Below are positions 51,820 through 61,107 of a stretch of DNA of 64,000 nt, one piece after another. Numbering within the stretch: position 1 is the stretch's first letter; each line of letters begins with the position of its first letter. A model generated the notes under the pieces. It searched no databases, was not told the DNA's origin, and worked only from the letters and a program-made list of their open reading frames with translations. The DNA comes from an uncultured bacterium (GTDB lineage: Bacteria > Armatimonadota > Abditibacteriia > Abditibacteriales > Abditibacteriaceae): NCBI GenBank assembly GCA_963843795.1, contig CAWJLW010000006.1, positions 620,001-684,000 on the forward strand. The letters are read 5' to 3'. The translations under genes and the position numbers were made by a program.

Positions 51820-52521
51820 ATGTCATTATTTGAAGACGCGATGGCTATCGCCGTGCAGCTGCCGACGCCCGAACGCGAGCGTTTGGCGCGTGCGCTGGGT
51901 TTGAACGTTCACACGCGTGGCCCGGGCAAAACTTTGCCACTCAATCAGTTCGTCAATCGTCCCGATATCACTGATCCGCAAGCGTGGCGACGCGCGGAAA
52001 CCGGACACGCGGTTCTGGATACTTCGGGCGCGGTAGAAATTGAAAATGGCCCTAATGCCATTGCCGGAATGTGGAGCCATTTTGAAGATGTGGTGCACGA
52101 CGCCGGGCACAGCGAAGTGCCCAATATCAGCACGCTGCCCAAAGGCAGTCCGGTTTTAGTTCACACTTCTGTCGCCACCGATTTGGCGGTAGGGCGCAAG
52201 GAAGCGCGCGAGTTTTGGCATCAGGCAACTGTCGAGCCGCGTTTGGCGACGGCTTCTTATCTAGCGCTTTTGGGTGCGACCGAAAACGATGAGCAGATTC
52301 AGCGCGTGCGCGCGTTTGTGCAGCCCTATGCGGTTCTCAGCTTGGGGCCGATGGCGAGCAGTCGCGCGGCAGAATTGATGCTGCAACACGCGCACAGCGG
52401 CCTCAGCGCGCTGGATGCGCTGGTTGCAGCGACTGCGATGGCACACGAAATTCCGCTCGTGGTGCGCGCACCAGGCGCGTTTGCCGAAATTTCGGAATTG
52501 AAAGTCATCAAGTATTTTTGA
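51820..52521 (+). CDS. PIN-domain protein with antitoxin-like N-terminal extension
   Basis: C-terminal 'VLVHTSV..D', 'LSALDALVAATAMAHEIPLV'; N-terminal 'LPTPERERLARAL'. Confidence 0.65.
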   Translation: MSLFEDAMAIAVQLPTPERERLARALGLNVHTRGPGKTLPLNQFVNRPDITDPQAWRRAETGHAVLDTSGAVEIENGPNAIAGMWSHFEDVVHDAGHSEVPNISTLPKGSPVLVHTSVATDLAVGRKEAREFWHQATVEPRLATASYLALLGATENDEQIQRVRAFVQPYAVLSLGPMASSRAAELMLQHAHSGLSALDALVAATAMAHEIPLVVRAPGAFAEISELKVIKYF

Positions 52522-52543
52522 AGTGCGGAAAAAGGGAGATTTT

Positions 52544-54154
52544 ATGAAAATGAGTTCGGGTTGGCTCATCTTCAGTGCAATCTTAGGCGGCATCGTTTCA
52601 CACAGCGCTTCTGCTGCACCCATGAAAAACATCCCGTTTCCCACTGAATTGCGCAATGGTCTGGTGTTGCATCTCGATGCGAACAACGCGAAATCTTTGC
52701 GGCGCGACGATAAAAACCGTCTGGTGAAATGGAAAGATTTATCGCCCGCCAAGCACGATGCGATTCTGACATCACAAAACGCGCCGCAAGTACTTGCGGG
52801 AGCCTTAAATGGACGCGCTGTCCTGCATTTTAGCGGCGGCGAATATTTCAAAGTCGATAAGCTGGCCGATACGTCGGGCGGTTTATCGGTTTTCGCGGTT
52901 TTTCGTCGATTGCCGCAACAATCATCAACGCGGCGTTGGCAGCGCGTGATTTCGGGTTGGGATGGGAAAACCGTCAACGACAACGCCGCCCCCAGCTTCC
53001 TGCTCGATACTCTGGGCACCGGCGAAGCGCTGGCTCCCACGATTCTTAGCGGTTTACTGCCCGATAAAACCTATCGTGGCGCTATTGAAATCGGGCGCAA
53101 CGCAGCCAAAAAGGGCGAGTTTCTGGAAGGCGATTTGGCCGAATTGCTGGTGTACGATAGGTCGTTTCTTACTTACGATCCTATTCAAGCCATTAACCAG
53201 TATTTCATTGCCAAATGGGGCATTGTGGTGGACACGGAAACCGATTGGACACGCACCGGTCCGTTGCCGACTTTGCCCAAACGCCTTAATAATGATTTTC
53301 CGCTGTCCGACCAACTTAACAAAGGTGGCTGGAGCAAATTTGCGCCGCTGAGCGATGAATGGAACGCGGCGAAGTTGGACGAAAGCAAATGGTGGAATCA
53401 CAATCCCACCTGGTATGGCCGCGCGCCCAGTCGTTATATGGCGCGAAATGTGACGGTTAAAGACGGAAAACTGGGCATTGCGATGTCGAGTGACGAAAGT
53501 TTGCCAGTCGAAAAGTTGTATCCGGAGGGCGATGAGTATCGTAAATATGCAGCGGCTTCAATCGTTGGCAAGACGCCGGTTCTGTATGGTTATTTTGAAA
53601 TTCGGGCGCGCGCGATGAATTCGGCGGCTTCGAGTGCCTTCTGGCTTTCAGGAGGTTCGGTCGATAAAAACAGTAAGACTCATAAAATTGAAATCGATGT
53701 TTTTGAAATCGGCGGCAAAGCGCCCGGCTTCGAAGAAAAATACAATATGAACGCGCACGTTTTTCAGCATCCCTTAACCGGCGACCAGCATTTCAGTAAA
53801 GGCGGCTCGTGGGTCGCGCCTTATCGCTTGGCAGATGAGTATCATGTTTATGGTTTGGAATGGACACCTGATTTCATCCGCTATTTTGTCGATGGTGTTC
53901 CGGTGCGCTCGCAGAAAAATACGCACTGGCACGCTCCGATGAACCTGATTTTCGATACCGAAACTATGGGAAATTGGCTGGGAATGCCCGACGACAAAGA
54001 TTTGCCTTCGGTTTTTGAAACCGATTATCTGCGCGCCTGGAAAAACCCGGCGACAACCGGCGATTGGAAAGCGCAATTTACTCTGCCCAACGATCCGGCT
54101 CAGCCAACCACCATCACCGAATACGTGCGTTCTTTGGAGAAAACGGCGCGATAA
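52544..54154 (+). CDS. Secreted GH16 glycoside hydrolase with N-terminal LamG-like domain
   Basis: Signal peptide; 'LVLHLDA..WKDLS', 'GDLAELLVYDR'; YGYFEIR, AFW, EIDVFE, HVYGLEW. Confidence 0.88.
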   Translation: MKMSSGWLIFSAILGGIVSHSASAAPMKNIPFPTELRNGLVLHLDANNAKSLRRDDKNRLVKWKDLSPAKHDAILTSQNAPQVLAGALNGRAVLHFSGGEYFKVDKLADTSGGLSVFAVFRRLPQQSSTRRWQRVISGWDGKTVNDNAAPSFLLDTLGTGEALAPTILSGLLPDKTYRGAIEIGRNAAKKGEFLEGDLAELLVYDRSFLTYDPIQAINQYFIAKWGIVVDTETDWTRTGPLPTLPKRLNNDFPLSDQLNKGGWSKFAPLSDEWNAAKLDESKWWNHNPTWYGRAPSRYMARNVTVKDGKLGIAMSSDESLPVEKLYPEGDEYRKYAAASIVGKTPVLYGYFEIRARAMNSAASSAFWLSGGSVDKNSKTHKIEIDVFEIGGKAPGFEEKYNMNAHVFQHPLTGDQHFSKGGSWVAPYRLADEYHVYGLEWTPDFIRYFVDGVPVRSQKNTHWHAPMNLIFDTETMGNWLGMPDDKDLPSVFETDYLRAWKNPATTGDWKAQFTLPNDPAQPTTITEYVRSLEKTAR

Positions 54155-54241
54155 CAAAGCTACTTGGCACGGATTCGCGACGCGAATTGGATTGTTCCCA
54201 ATCTCATAAATGCGCGCAGATTGCGTGAAAAGCGAACGATT

Positions 54242-55273
54242 ATGAAACAATGGCAATTGAAAGCTGGGAATGCTGATAGCGAACCTCATTTGCAGATCGC
54301 TGAAGTGGACAGGCCCGAAGTGGGTGCGGGACAAGTGCTGGTGCGGATGCGCGCGGCTTCGCTCAATTACCGCGATTTAATAATCAAGCGCGGGCAACCG
54401 CCAGTCGAAGACGGATGCGTGCCGCTATCGGATGGTGCGGGCGAAATCGTTGCCGTCGGCCCCACTTCTGAAGGAAATAGCGAAAACTGGCAAGTCGGTG
54501 AGCGCGTGGCGAGCACATTTTTTCGCGATTGGCGCAACGGACGCTTCGATAACCGTTATCATCAAGCCGCGCTGGGCGGCAGTTGCGACGGCGTGTTGAG
54601 CGAATATCAATTGTTTCCTTCGCACGGATTGGTGCGCGTGCCCGAACATTTTTCGTTCGCCGAAGCCGCGACTTTGCCATGTGCCGGCGTGACAGCATGG
54701 TGCGCATTGCAGCGCGGCCATTTTCAGGGTGGCGACAGCGTGTTGTTGCTGGGCACCGGCGGCGTTTCGATTTGGGGTTTGCAAATTGTGAAAGCGCTGG
54801 GCGGTCGCGCGATTATCACCAGTTCCAGCGATGAAAAGTTGGCGAGGGCGCGCGAACTGGGTGCGCACGAAACCATCAATTATCGCTCGATGCCAGACTG
54901 GGACAAAGAAGTGTGGCGTTTGACCCACAAGCGCGGTGTTGATCACATTTTGGAAGTTGGCGGGCCCGACACGTTGGGCAAAAGTTTGGGCTGCGTGGCT
55001 GCCAGCGGCCACATCGCGCAAATTGGCGTGCTGAGCGGCTTCGGACCACCCACGAATTCGCTGTTTCCACTGGTCTCAAAAAACGCGACAATGAGCGGCA
55101 TTTATGTTGGCAGCCGCGAAAGTTTCCAGCAATTGGTGCGCTTTATCGAAAACGTTATATTGCGACCTATTATCGACAAAAGTTTCGCCTTCGCGGACGC
55201 CCCCGAAGCCTACAAGTACTTGGAGAGCGCCGCGCATTTGGGCAAAGTGGTCATCGAAATGGAGGACGCTTGA
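54242..55273 (+). CDS. Zinc-type alcohol dehydrogenase-like (MDR) oxidoreductase
   Basis: SLNYRD, PLSDGAG, TLPCAGVTAW, GTGGVS, GKVVI. Confidence 0.9.
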   Translation: MKQWQLKAGNADSEPHLQIAEVDRPEVGAGQVLVRMRAASLNYRDLIIKRGQPPVEDGCVPLSDGAGEIVAVGPTSEGNSENWQVGERVASTFFRDWRNGRFDNRYHQAALGGSCDGVLSEYQLFPSHGLVRVPEHFSFAEAATLPCAGVTAWCALQRGHFQGGDSVLLLGTGGVSIWGLQIVKALGGRAIITSSSDEKLARARELGAHETINYRSMPDWDKEVWRLTHKRGVDHILEVGGPDTLGKSLGCVAASGHIAQIGVLSGFGPPTNSLFPLVSKNATMSGIYVGSRESFQQLVRFIENVILRPIIDKSFAFADAPEAYKYLESAAHLGKVVIEMEDA

Positions 55274-55330
55274 TTTTGACGGGAATCCGGAACCTATGCT
55301 GCGCCCGTTTGGCGCGTTCGGGACAATAAA

Positions 55331-55382
55331 AAACCTCTTTTACAAGCGAAAAATGTTACTTTTTCGCTTGTAAAAGAGGTTT
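55331..55382. terminator. Bidirectional terminator between convergent genes
   Basis: 23-bp arms AAACCTCTTTTACAAGCGAAAAA / TTTTTCGCTTGTAAAAGAGGTTT with a 6-nt loop. Confidence 0.75.
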
Positions 55383-55421
55383 CACAGCTATGCAAAGCCA
55401 GAGTGCTGGGCCTGCACAAAT

Positions 55422-55739
55422 TTACGCGGATTTGTTATCCGAATTTGCGTCCGATGCGGCCTTAAATTCGTCTAATTTATCTTCGGCCTTTTCGGCAGTT
55501 TCTTCAGCCTTCACGACGACATTAGCAACGACATCGGCAGCGACTTCGTCGACCTTGTGTGTTAAATCATCGGCTTTAGCGGCCAATTGGTCGGCTTTGG
55601 CGTGAACGGCTTCGCTGGTCTGCGGCAATTTGCCGCGCAACAAATCGCGCAACGATGAGCGGCGATCCGAACCATGTTGCGGATCAAACAAATACATCAA
55701 ACCGGCACCCAGACCGGCACAAAATAGTGCTCTTTTCAT
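55422..55739 (-). CDS. YtxH-like small protein
   Basis: 'GLGAGLMYLFDPQHGSDRR' followed by an Ala/Lys/Asp-rich helix. Confidence 0.7.
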   Translation of the reverse strand: MKRALFCAGLGAGLMYLFDPQHGSDRRSSLRDLLRGKLPQTSEAVHAKADQLAAKADDLTHKVDEVAADVVANVVVKAEETAEKAEDKLDEFKAASDANSDNKSA

Positions 55740-55786
55740 TTTAATTCCCCCTGAATTCCACAAGGTCTTATCGCACAAATGATGCC

Positions 55787-55820
55787 AAAAATGCCCTGCA
55801 AGTACTTGCAGGGCATTTTT
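55787..55820 (-). terminator. Proteasome operon terminator centred on GCAAGTACTTGC
   Basis: AAAAATGCCCTGCAAGT|ACTTGCAGGGCATTTTT abutting the pafA stop. Confidence 0.75.
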
Positions 55821-57304
55821 TATAAACCTTTCGTGAAGTTTACCGCTTCTTCATCGTAAGTCAGGAACGGATTGCGCAACTCCAAATGTCTGTCTTTATC
55901 GACGCGAACCCAATCCCAATCAATTAGATAACGATTCCATTTGAGCTCAATCAGGTCTTTGACCACTCGCCCACGCGCCTTCGCGCGCGTGTTTTGCGGC
56001 GGGACGCGTGTCGCTTCTTCAATACGCTCATCGGTCACAATGCGCTGCATGGCGTCCATTTCTTGCAATGCATAAAATAATCCTTCGCGCGGGTTGATGT
56101 TGTGATACTCTAAATCCAGGGAATGCAGAACATCATCGTCCCATTTGACTTTTTCACTGTCGATGTATTCCTGCAACATTTGCTTTTTCGCCACCCAATC
56201 CAAACGGTCGGCGAGCTGCATCGGATCGCTTTCCAACGCATCCAACACAGTTTCCCATTCCTTCAGAGCGCGGTCGGTCTGCTCGTCTTTGCCTGTGAGA
56301 TGCTCCTTTGCACAATCGAGATACATACGCTGCAAATCGACTGCGCCGATAGTTTTGCCATCGCTGCGCTTGACATTCCACTGCAAACTTTCATCTCGTG
56401 ACACGCTTTTCAAGGCTGAAAGCGCATCTTCCAACTTGACTTCGTTAGGCAACACTTTCAAATCCATCAAGTCCAAAACCATGCACGTCGTGGCAATTTT
56501 TAGCCACAACGCATATTCGCTCATATTCGGCTCGCCAAACAAAACGTGCAACCGATGCAAATCGGAATAATCGTAATACGAATCGCGCTTGGGATTGATA
56601 ATCGCGCGATTGAAGCGCACGCGTGACGAAACTGTGTTGACGATGTGGTCGGCACGCTGTGAAAGTTGGAATTTGGCTTTGGGGTCGATTTCGACGCCGT
56701 AAAAATCGGCGACCCACATCGTGTCCACGTCGTGTTCGCCAATCGACATGATGTTGCGACGGAAATCGTTGCGATTCAATTTATGCCCGCCAACGCGACC
56801 GACGCCGGCGAAAATTTGTCGCGTCACCAAAAACGGCATCAATAACGCCAGTGTTCCGCGAAACGCGGATGCGGAAATATCGACCAGATAATTTTCGTGA
56901 CAGCCAAAAGTATGACCGCCGAAATGGTCGATGCTGTTAGCGTAAAACGCTACATCATCGCTCAATTCCAAATCATCGACCAAGTTCTGCAAAATTACGC
57001 GACCGGCGCGGTCGTAAGCGACAACATCGTCCCAATCGACACATTCTGGTGTCGCATATTCTTCATGACTGCCAACGGCGTCGACATAAAGGCGCGCACC
57101 GTTAATCAGAAAACCACCCGAACGAGCGGGTTCAAACGCGTAGTCGCGTGCGTGTAAATCCATTAAACCTATCCGGCGACGCAGAAAGGCGTGGTCTTTA
57201 ATCGCTTCTACGATGCGCTCGGCGCTATTGCCGTTGCGCCCGAAGCGGTCGGTGCGCACCATGCAACCAAATTCCGTCTCCAACCCAACAATGCGCTGTT
57301 CCAT
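55820..57304 (-). CDS. pafA: PafA-family (Pup/UBact) protein ligase
   Basis: RIVGLETEFG, NGARLYVDAVGSHEEYATPEC, GCHENY, SQRADH, RLHV, LDWVAK, DLEYH, PPQNTRA. Confidence 0.85.
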   Translation of the reverse strand: MEQRIVGLETEFGCMVRTDRFGRNGNSAERIVEAIKDHAFLRRRIGLMDLHARDYAFEPARSGGFLINGARLYVDAVGSHEEYATPECVDWDDVVAYDRAGRVILQNLVDDLELSDDVAFYANSIDHFGGHTFGCHENYLVDISASAFRGTLALLMPFLVTRQIFAGVGRVGGHKLNRNDFRRNIMSIGEHDVDTMWVADFYGVEIDPKAKFQLSQRADHIVNTVSSRVRFNRAIINPKRDSYYDYSDLHRLHVLFGEPNMSEYALWLKIATTCMVLDLMDLKVLPNEVKLEDALSALKSVSRDESLQWNVKRSDGKTIGAVDLQRMYLDCAKEHLTGKDEQTDRALKEWETVLDALESDPMQLADRLDWVAKKQMLQEYIDSEKVKWDDDVLHSLDLEYHNINPREGLFYALQEMDAMQRIVTDERIEEATRVPPQNTRAKARGRVVKDLIELKWNRYLIDWDWVRVDKDRHLELRNPFLTYDEEAVNFTKGL

Positions 57305-57430
57305 TTTTTGCTCTCTTTGAGATGTAATGCGAAGAACGAAAAGATTTCAGAAGAATGTAAAAGCATAAATATCTTCTGCAAGTACTTGCAGAAGATATTA
57401 TTCGCAATCTTTGCGCTCTTCGCGGTGAAT

Positions 57431-58153
57431 TTAATTGTTCAGTTCATCTTCGCGCAACAAACGGAATTTGCTTTCGCGTGCCGTATTACGCTCTAAAATC
57501 GCGGCTTCGATGTGGCCATCTTTCAAGGCTTCCGCGAGAACGTCTTCTTGGTGGTTATCAGTATCATCTTCGCGCCGTTCGCGCTTACCTTCGCGCCATA
57601 CATTGGCGGCAATTTTTAGCGCCGTTGCCAAATCGGGAGTGCCTTCGAGCTTTTCGAGTTCGCTTAGCATGGCGTCTTCACTGCCTTCGCTACCGCCGGC
57701 GACAGCGAAACGGTTGTGTGTGGTGAATTCACCGTCATAATTCAAGACGAAAAATGAATCTTTTTCCGGCTTGGTACCCATTTCCGCGAAGACGGCGCGC
57801 AACACATTGGGGCTGCTCATCGGATCGCCGAAAATGCGTTTGAGCGGCGGGGAAATCGAAAAACCGACTAAACGTTGAATTGAGACGTCGTCGGGCGAAC
57901 GTGCGAAACCTTCTTGATGTGCGAAATCGATGGAAGCCAGGCGCACAGCTTCGACATCGGCCTGATTGCCGATGGCGCCATACATAATCTGGTCGTAGAT
58001 TTCGTAAATTTTGCGCTGTGTACGCTTGACCGTCCACAGCAAAATGCCGTTGTTATAAGAAATACCGATCACCGGCGAACCGCTTTTCAAGCGTTCTTCA
58101 ACATATTCGGCACGGTGCGCGATGGATTGATTGAAATCAAATGGAGAATACAT
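57431..58153 (-). CDS. prcA: 20S proteasome alpha subunit
   Basis: 'RAEYVEERLKSGSPVI', 'KIYEIYD', 'IEAAILER..FRLL'; operon context. Confidence 0.88.
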   Translation of the reverse strand: MYSPFDFNQSIAHRAEYVEERLKSGSPVIGISYNNGILLWTVKRTQRKIYEIYDQIMYGAIGNQADVEAVRLASIDFAHQEGFARSPDDVSIQRLVGFSISPPLKRIFGDPMSSPNVLRAVFAEMGTKPEKDSFFVLNYDGEFTTHNRFAVAGGSEGSEDAMLSELEKLEGTPDLATALKIAANVWREGKRERREDDTDNHQEDVLAEALKDGHIEAAILERNTARESKFRLLREDELNN

Positions 58154-58270
58154 AATCGAGGGTTAGGATGTAGGAGGAATATGGAATTTGCTCTGCAAGT
58201 ACTTGCGGAAGCGATGGCCGTTGTGCCACCGCTCCCACCTGCTACATTCCAACTTCCACCTTGTTCAAAA

Positions 58271-59098
58271 TCAAATTTCTGCGTCGGCTTCAATTTTTCG
58301 CGCGCGCACCGGTGGCATCGCGTCCAAAACGCCTTCTTTGATGTCGGCAAGTACTTGCGCCATCTGTTCTTCGTCTATCGACAAAATGCCCTCGCGCGTA
58401 ATCGCTTTGGCAGCGGGCAAAATTTTGGAGTAGCCACCCGTCGCAGCGTCTAAATCTGCCGCGATATCCAGCAAAATCAACGATTCGCGCAAGGCTTCAC
58501 TTAAATCCATTTCGGAAAATGGTTTTTTAGTGCGCACGATGTAATCGAAGCTACCTCGAATCGCGCTTGAGCCGCTGCCTGCTGCACCAAACTCCGAGCT
58601 TTCGAAGCGCGCGCCCATGCCATCGTAGAAGAAAATTCGGCCTTCATCGGCTTCCATGTCATAAGCGGAAAGCACCGGAATAAAAGCGCCGATACCTTGC
58701 AGCGCCATCGGCAGGTTATTGGAAATGGCGCGCGTCATTTCGGCTAATTTACCTTCCAAACTCATCGGCTGCAATTGCGAGCGCGAATAGTATTTAAAAG
58801 CGTGGCGCAAATAGCGCGCAATTTCAATGGCTTTGGCGAAACTGCCGGAAATTGCTACCAGAGTGTGGTCGTCGAGCGGCAGAATTTTCTCGGCGCGATC
58901 ATACATCACGCCCATGCCAGCAGTAGCGCGGCGGTCGGCCACGTTTAAAACGCCATCACTGTATTTGACAGCAATGACCGTCGTGCCATGCGTGTCGATG
59001 GAGTTGGAGACGCCTCCGGAATTGAGAGAAATGTTTTCGGGCGTTGGAGGCAAAGATACCACACGCGAAAAATCGCCGTTGGGATTGAATTCGAGCAT
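58271..59098 (-). CDS. prcB: 20S proteasome beta subunit with propeptide
   Basis: HG|TTVIA autoprocessing site, ADRRAT, GSGS, DAATGG. Confidence 0.92.
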   Translation of the reverse strand: MLEFNPNGDFSRVVSLPPTPENISLNSGGVSNSIDTHGTTVIAVKYSDGVLNVADRRATAGMGVMYDRAEKILPLDDHTLVAISGSFAKAIEIARYLRHAFKYYSRSQLQPMSLEGKLAEMTRAISNNLPMALQGIGAFIPVLSAYDMEADEGRIFFYDGMGARFESSEFGAAGSGSSAIRGSFDYIVRTKKPFSEMDLSEALRESLILLDIAADLDAATGGYSKILPAAKAITREGILSIDEEQMAQVLADIKEGVLDAMPPVRARKIEADAEI

Positions 59099-59221
59099 AA
59101 TTTTGGGAGAAAAGATGGAATTTGGGAAGTGGAATATAAAAGTTAAAAGACAGTTTTTGCTCGACTGCAATTATTTGCAGCACGCATCTTCTGCGTTCTA
59201 CTCACACATTCCACTTCCTGA

Positions 59222-59413
59222 TTATTGTCCCGAACGCTGGCGGTAACGCTTGGCTTGGTCGGGATCGACACGCTTCATGCGGTCGAGCAGTTGGCGGGTA
59301 TTAGGTTTATTGACTTTGGGCGCATTGGGGCCGCTATCATCGCCGCCGGGCTTTTGCATCGGGTCGGAGGGCAAGGGACGGCGCAGCGTCTCATCAGCTT
59401 GAAACATTTTCAT
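59222..59413 (-). CDS. ubact: UBact ubiquitin-like modifier
   Basis: RBS AAGGAG; 63 aa ending LLDRMKRVDPDQAKRYRQRSGQ (R-S/T-G-E/Q terminus), located between dop and prcB. Confidence 0.88.
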   Translation of the reverse strand: MKMFQADETLRRPLPSDPMQKPGGDDSGPNAPKVNKPNTRQLLDRMKRVDPDQAKRYRQRSGQ

Positions 59414-59508
59414 GAAAAACTCCTTCTCAGGCGTTCGGGTGAACGCAATTACAATGGCAAGTACTTGCGGGCCTCTTTCTCGTTCCAATTCACTGGGAAA
59501 AAGCCAGT

Positions 59509-60996
59509 TTATTCGGCAGTGGGCAGTAATTGCAGCACTTCGCGGACGCTTGAAACTTCGCTCACGCTCCGATGTAGTTGCGCGCAATCGGCGCTATCTT
59601 CGGGCAAATAAACCGCCAATTGTTCGCCTTTGTCTTCCAACAAAACCACGCCCCACGAAATTGCTTTGATTTGCGGGGCAAACTTTTCCACCAGCAAACC
59701 GCGCAAACACGCGCGCGTATTTGGAGCTTCGCAGCGCGCTGCTTCGATTTCATTGTTGCTGACTAAAGTTTGCATCGAACCATTTTGCACCAATCCGTAA
59801 TACAAACCGTTTTCCGAGTCGACGTTGTGATACTCCAAGTCCAACGCTTGCAAAAATTCGCGGTCGCGTGCCCAATCCAATTCTTCTTCATCGACAAACG
59901 CATCCAGCAAATTCTTCTTCGCCGACCAATCCAAACGGTCGCCGGTTTCCAAGGGCGCACTTTCCAAATCGTTGAGAATAGTTTCCCACTCGTCCAACAC
60001 CCAATCGCTGCCCGCTAGATTCAGTTCACGCGCAGCGCGCAAGTAAGCGCGCTGCACATCAATCGCGGAAAGCTGGCCGCCGTCGGTTTCGACCAGCCAT
60101 TTCAAGCTCTGGTCGCGCGAAATTTGTTTGATGGCTTTCACTGGATCGCGCAACAAAACTGGCGTTTGCCAACCACTTTCAATTAGCGCCGCGACCAAAT
60201 GTGTTGCGCCAATACGCAAGGCAGTCGCGTATTCGCTCATGTTGGCATCACCCGCGATGACGTGCAGCCGCCGAAAACGACGCGCATCGCCGTGAGGCTC
60301 ATCGCGCGTATTGACCAAAGGGCGATTGTGCAGCGTATCAACGCTTTGCAGTACTTGAAAAAAATCGGCGCGCTGTGACAATTGATAAGGCGTTTTCTCA
60401 CTTCCGCGCTCTTCGCCGCCGACTTTGCCTGCGCCTGCGTAAATAATCCGCGTCGCCAGAAAAGGCGCCAAATTTTTGACTACGCTTTCCCACGCGACGC
60501 CGCGATGCAACAAATAACTTTCGTGCGTGCCATACGACGCGCCGTGAAAATCGGTGTTGTTTTTATAAATATCGCAGCTTTTGTTGTGAAGCTCAGAATA
60601 AGCGCGCGCGCAGTCAAGCACGATGCGCTCGCCCGCTTTATCGTGAGCGACGAGAGAACGCAAATCAGCGCATTCAGGTGTGGCGTATTCAGGATGTCCG
60701 TGATCGTTATACAGACGCGCTCCGTTAATCAAAACGCGGTCGCAACGATCTTCGGATGGCGTCGCCGCGCGTTCGCCGGGACGGTCGAATTGAGCATCAG
60801 TCGGGTCTTGAGCCAGTTTATCGACATGGAAGCCGCGTTGATCGTTGCGCGAATCTTCGCTTTTATAATTCCAAGGGCCGCCGAAACGACCGGCGTATTG
60901 CTTGACGACTTCGCGCGAAGCCGATACGAGTTGGGTGGCGTCGGCGCCTTCGACGGCGATGCCATATTCGGTTTCAATGCCAAAAAGGGTGTTCAC
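59509..60996 (-). CDS. dop: Dop-family deamidase/depupylase
   Basis: GIETEYG, NGARLYNDHGHPEYATPEC, KNNTD..GASYGTHESY, SQRADFF, NTRDEPH, RRLHVI.GDAN. Confidence 0.88.
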   Translation of the reverse strand: MNTLFGIETEYGIAVEGADATQLVSASREVVKQYAGRFGGPWNYKSEDSRNDQRGFHVDKLAQDPTDAQFDRPGERAATPSEDRCDRVLINGARLYNDHGHPEYATPECADLRSLVAHDKAGERIVLDCARAYSELHNKSCDIYKNNTDFHGASYGTHESYLLHRGVAWESVVKNLAPFLATRIIYAGAGKVGGEERGSEKTPYQLSQRADFFQVLQSVDTLHNRPLVNTRDEPHGDARRFRRLHVIAGDANMSEYATALRIGATHLVAALIESGWQTPVLLRDPVKAIKQISRDQSLKWLVETDGGQLSAIDVQRAYLRAARELNLAGSDWVLDEWETILNDLESAPLETGDRLDWSAKKNLLDAFVDEEELDWARDREFLQALDLEYHNVDSENGLYYGLVQNGSMQTLVSNNEIEAARCEAPNTRACLRGLLVEKFAPQIKAISWGVVLLEDKGEQLAVYLPEDSADCAQLHRSVSEVSSVREVLQLLPTAE

Positions 60997-61051
60997 AAGA
61001 CTCAGTGTAGCAACGCGCGCGCCACATCATACGATTCTGCAATTGAGACGA

Positions 61052-61087
61052 AAAAAACGCTTTGCAAGTACTTGCAAAGCGTTTTTT
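61052..61087 (-). terminator. Sigma-factor gene terminator centred on GCAAGTACTTGC
   Basis: AAAAAACGCTTTGCAAGT|ACTTGCAAAGCGTTTTTT. Confidence 0.78.
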
Positions 61088-61107
61088 ATTGGTAAAAAGA
61101 TGATTTT

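Noticed and set aside
59222..59587. 121-aa Pup
   Set aside because: The upstream part overlaps dop and a palindrome; the RBS supports a 63-aa protein, and the RSGQ terminus indicates UBact.
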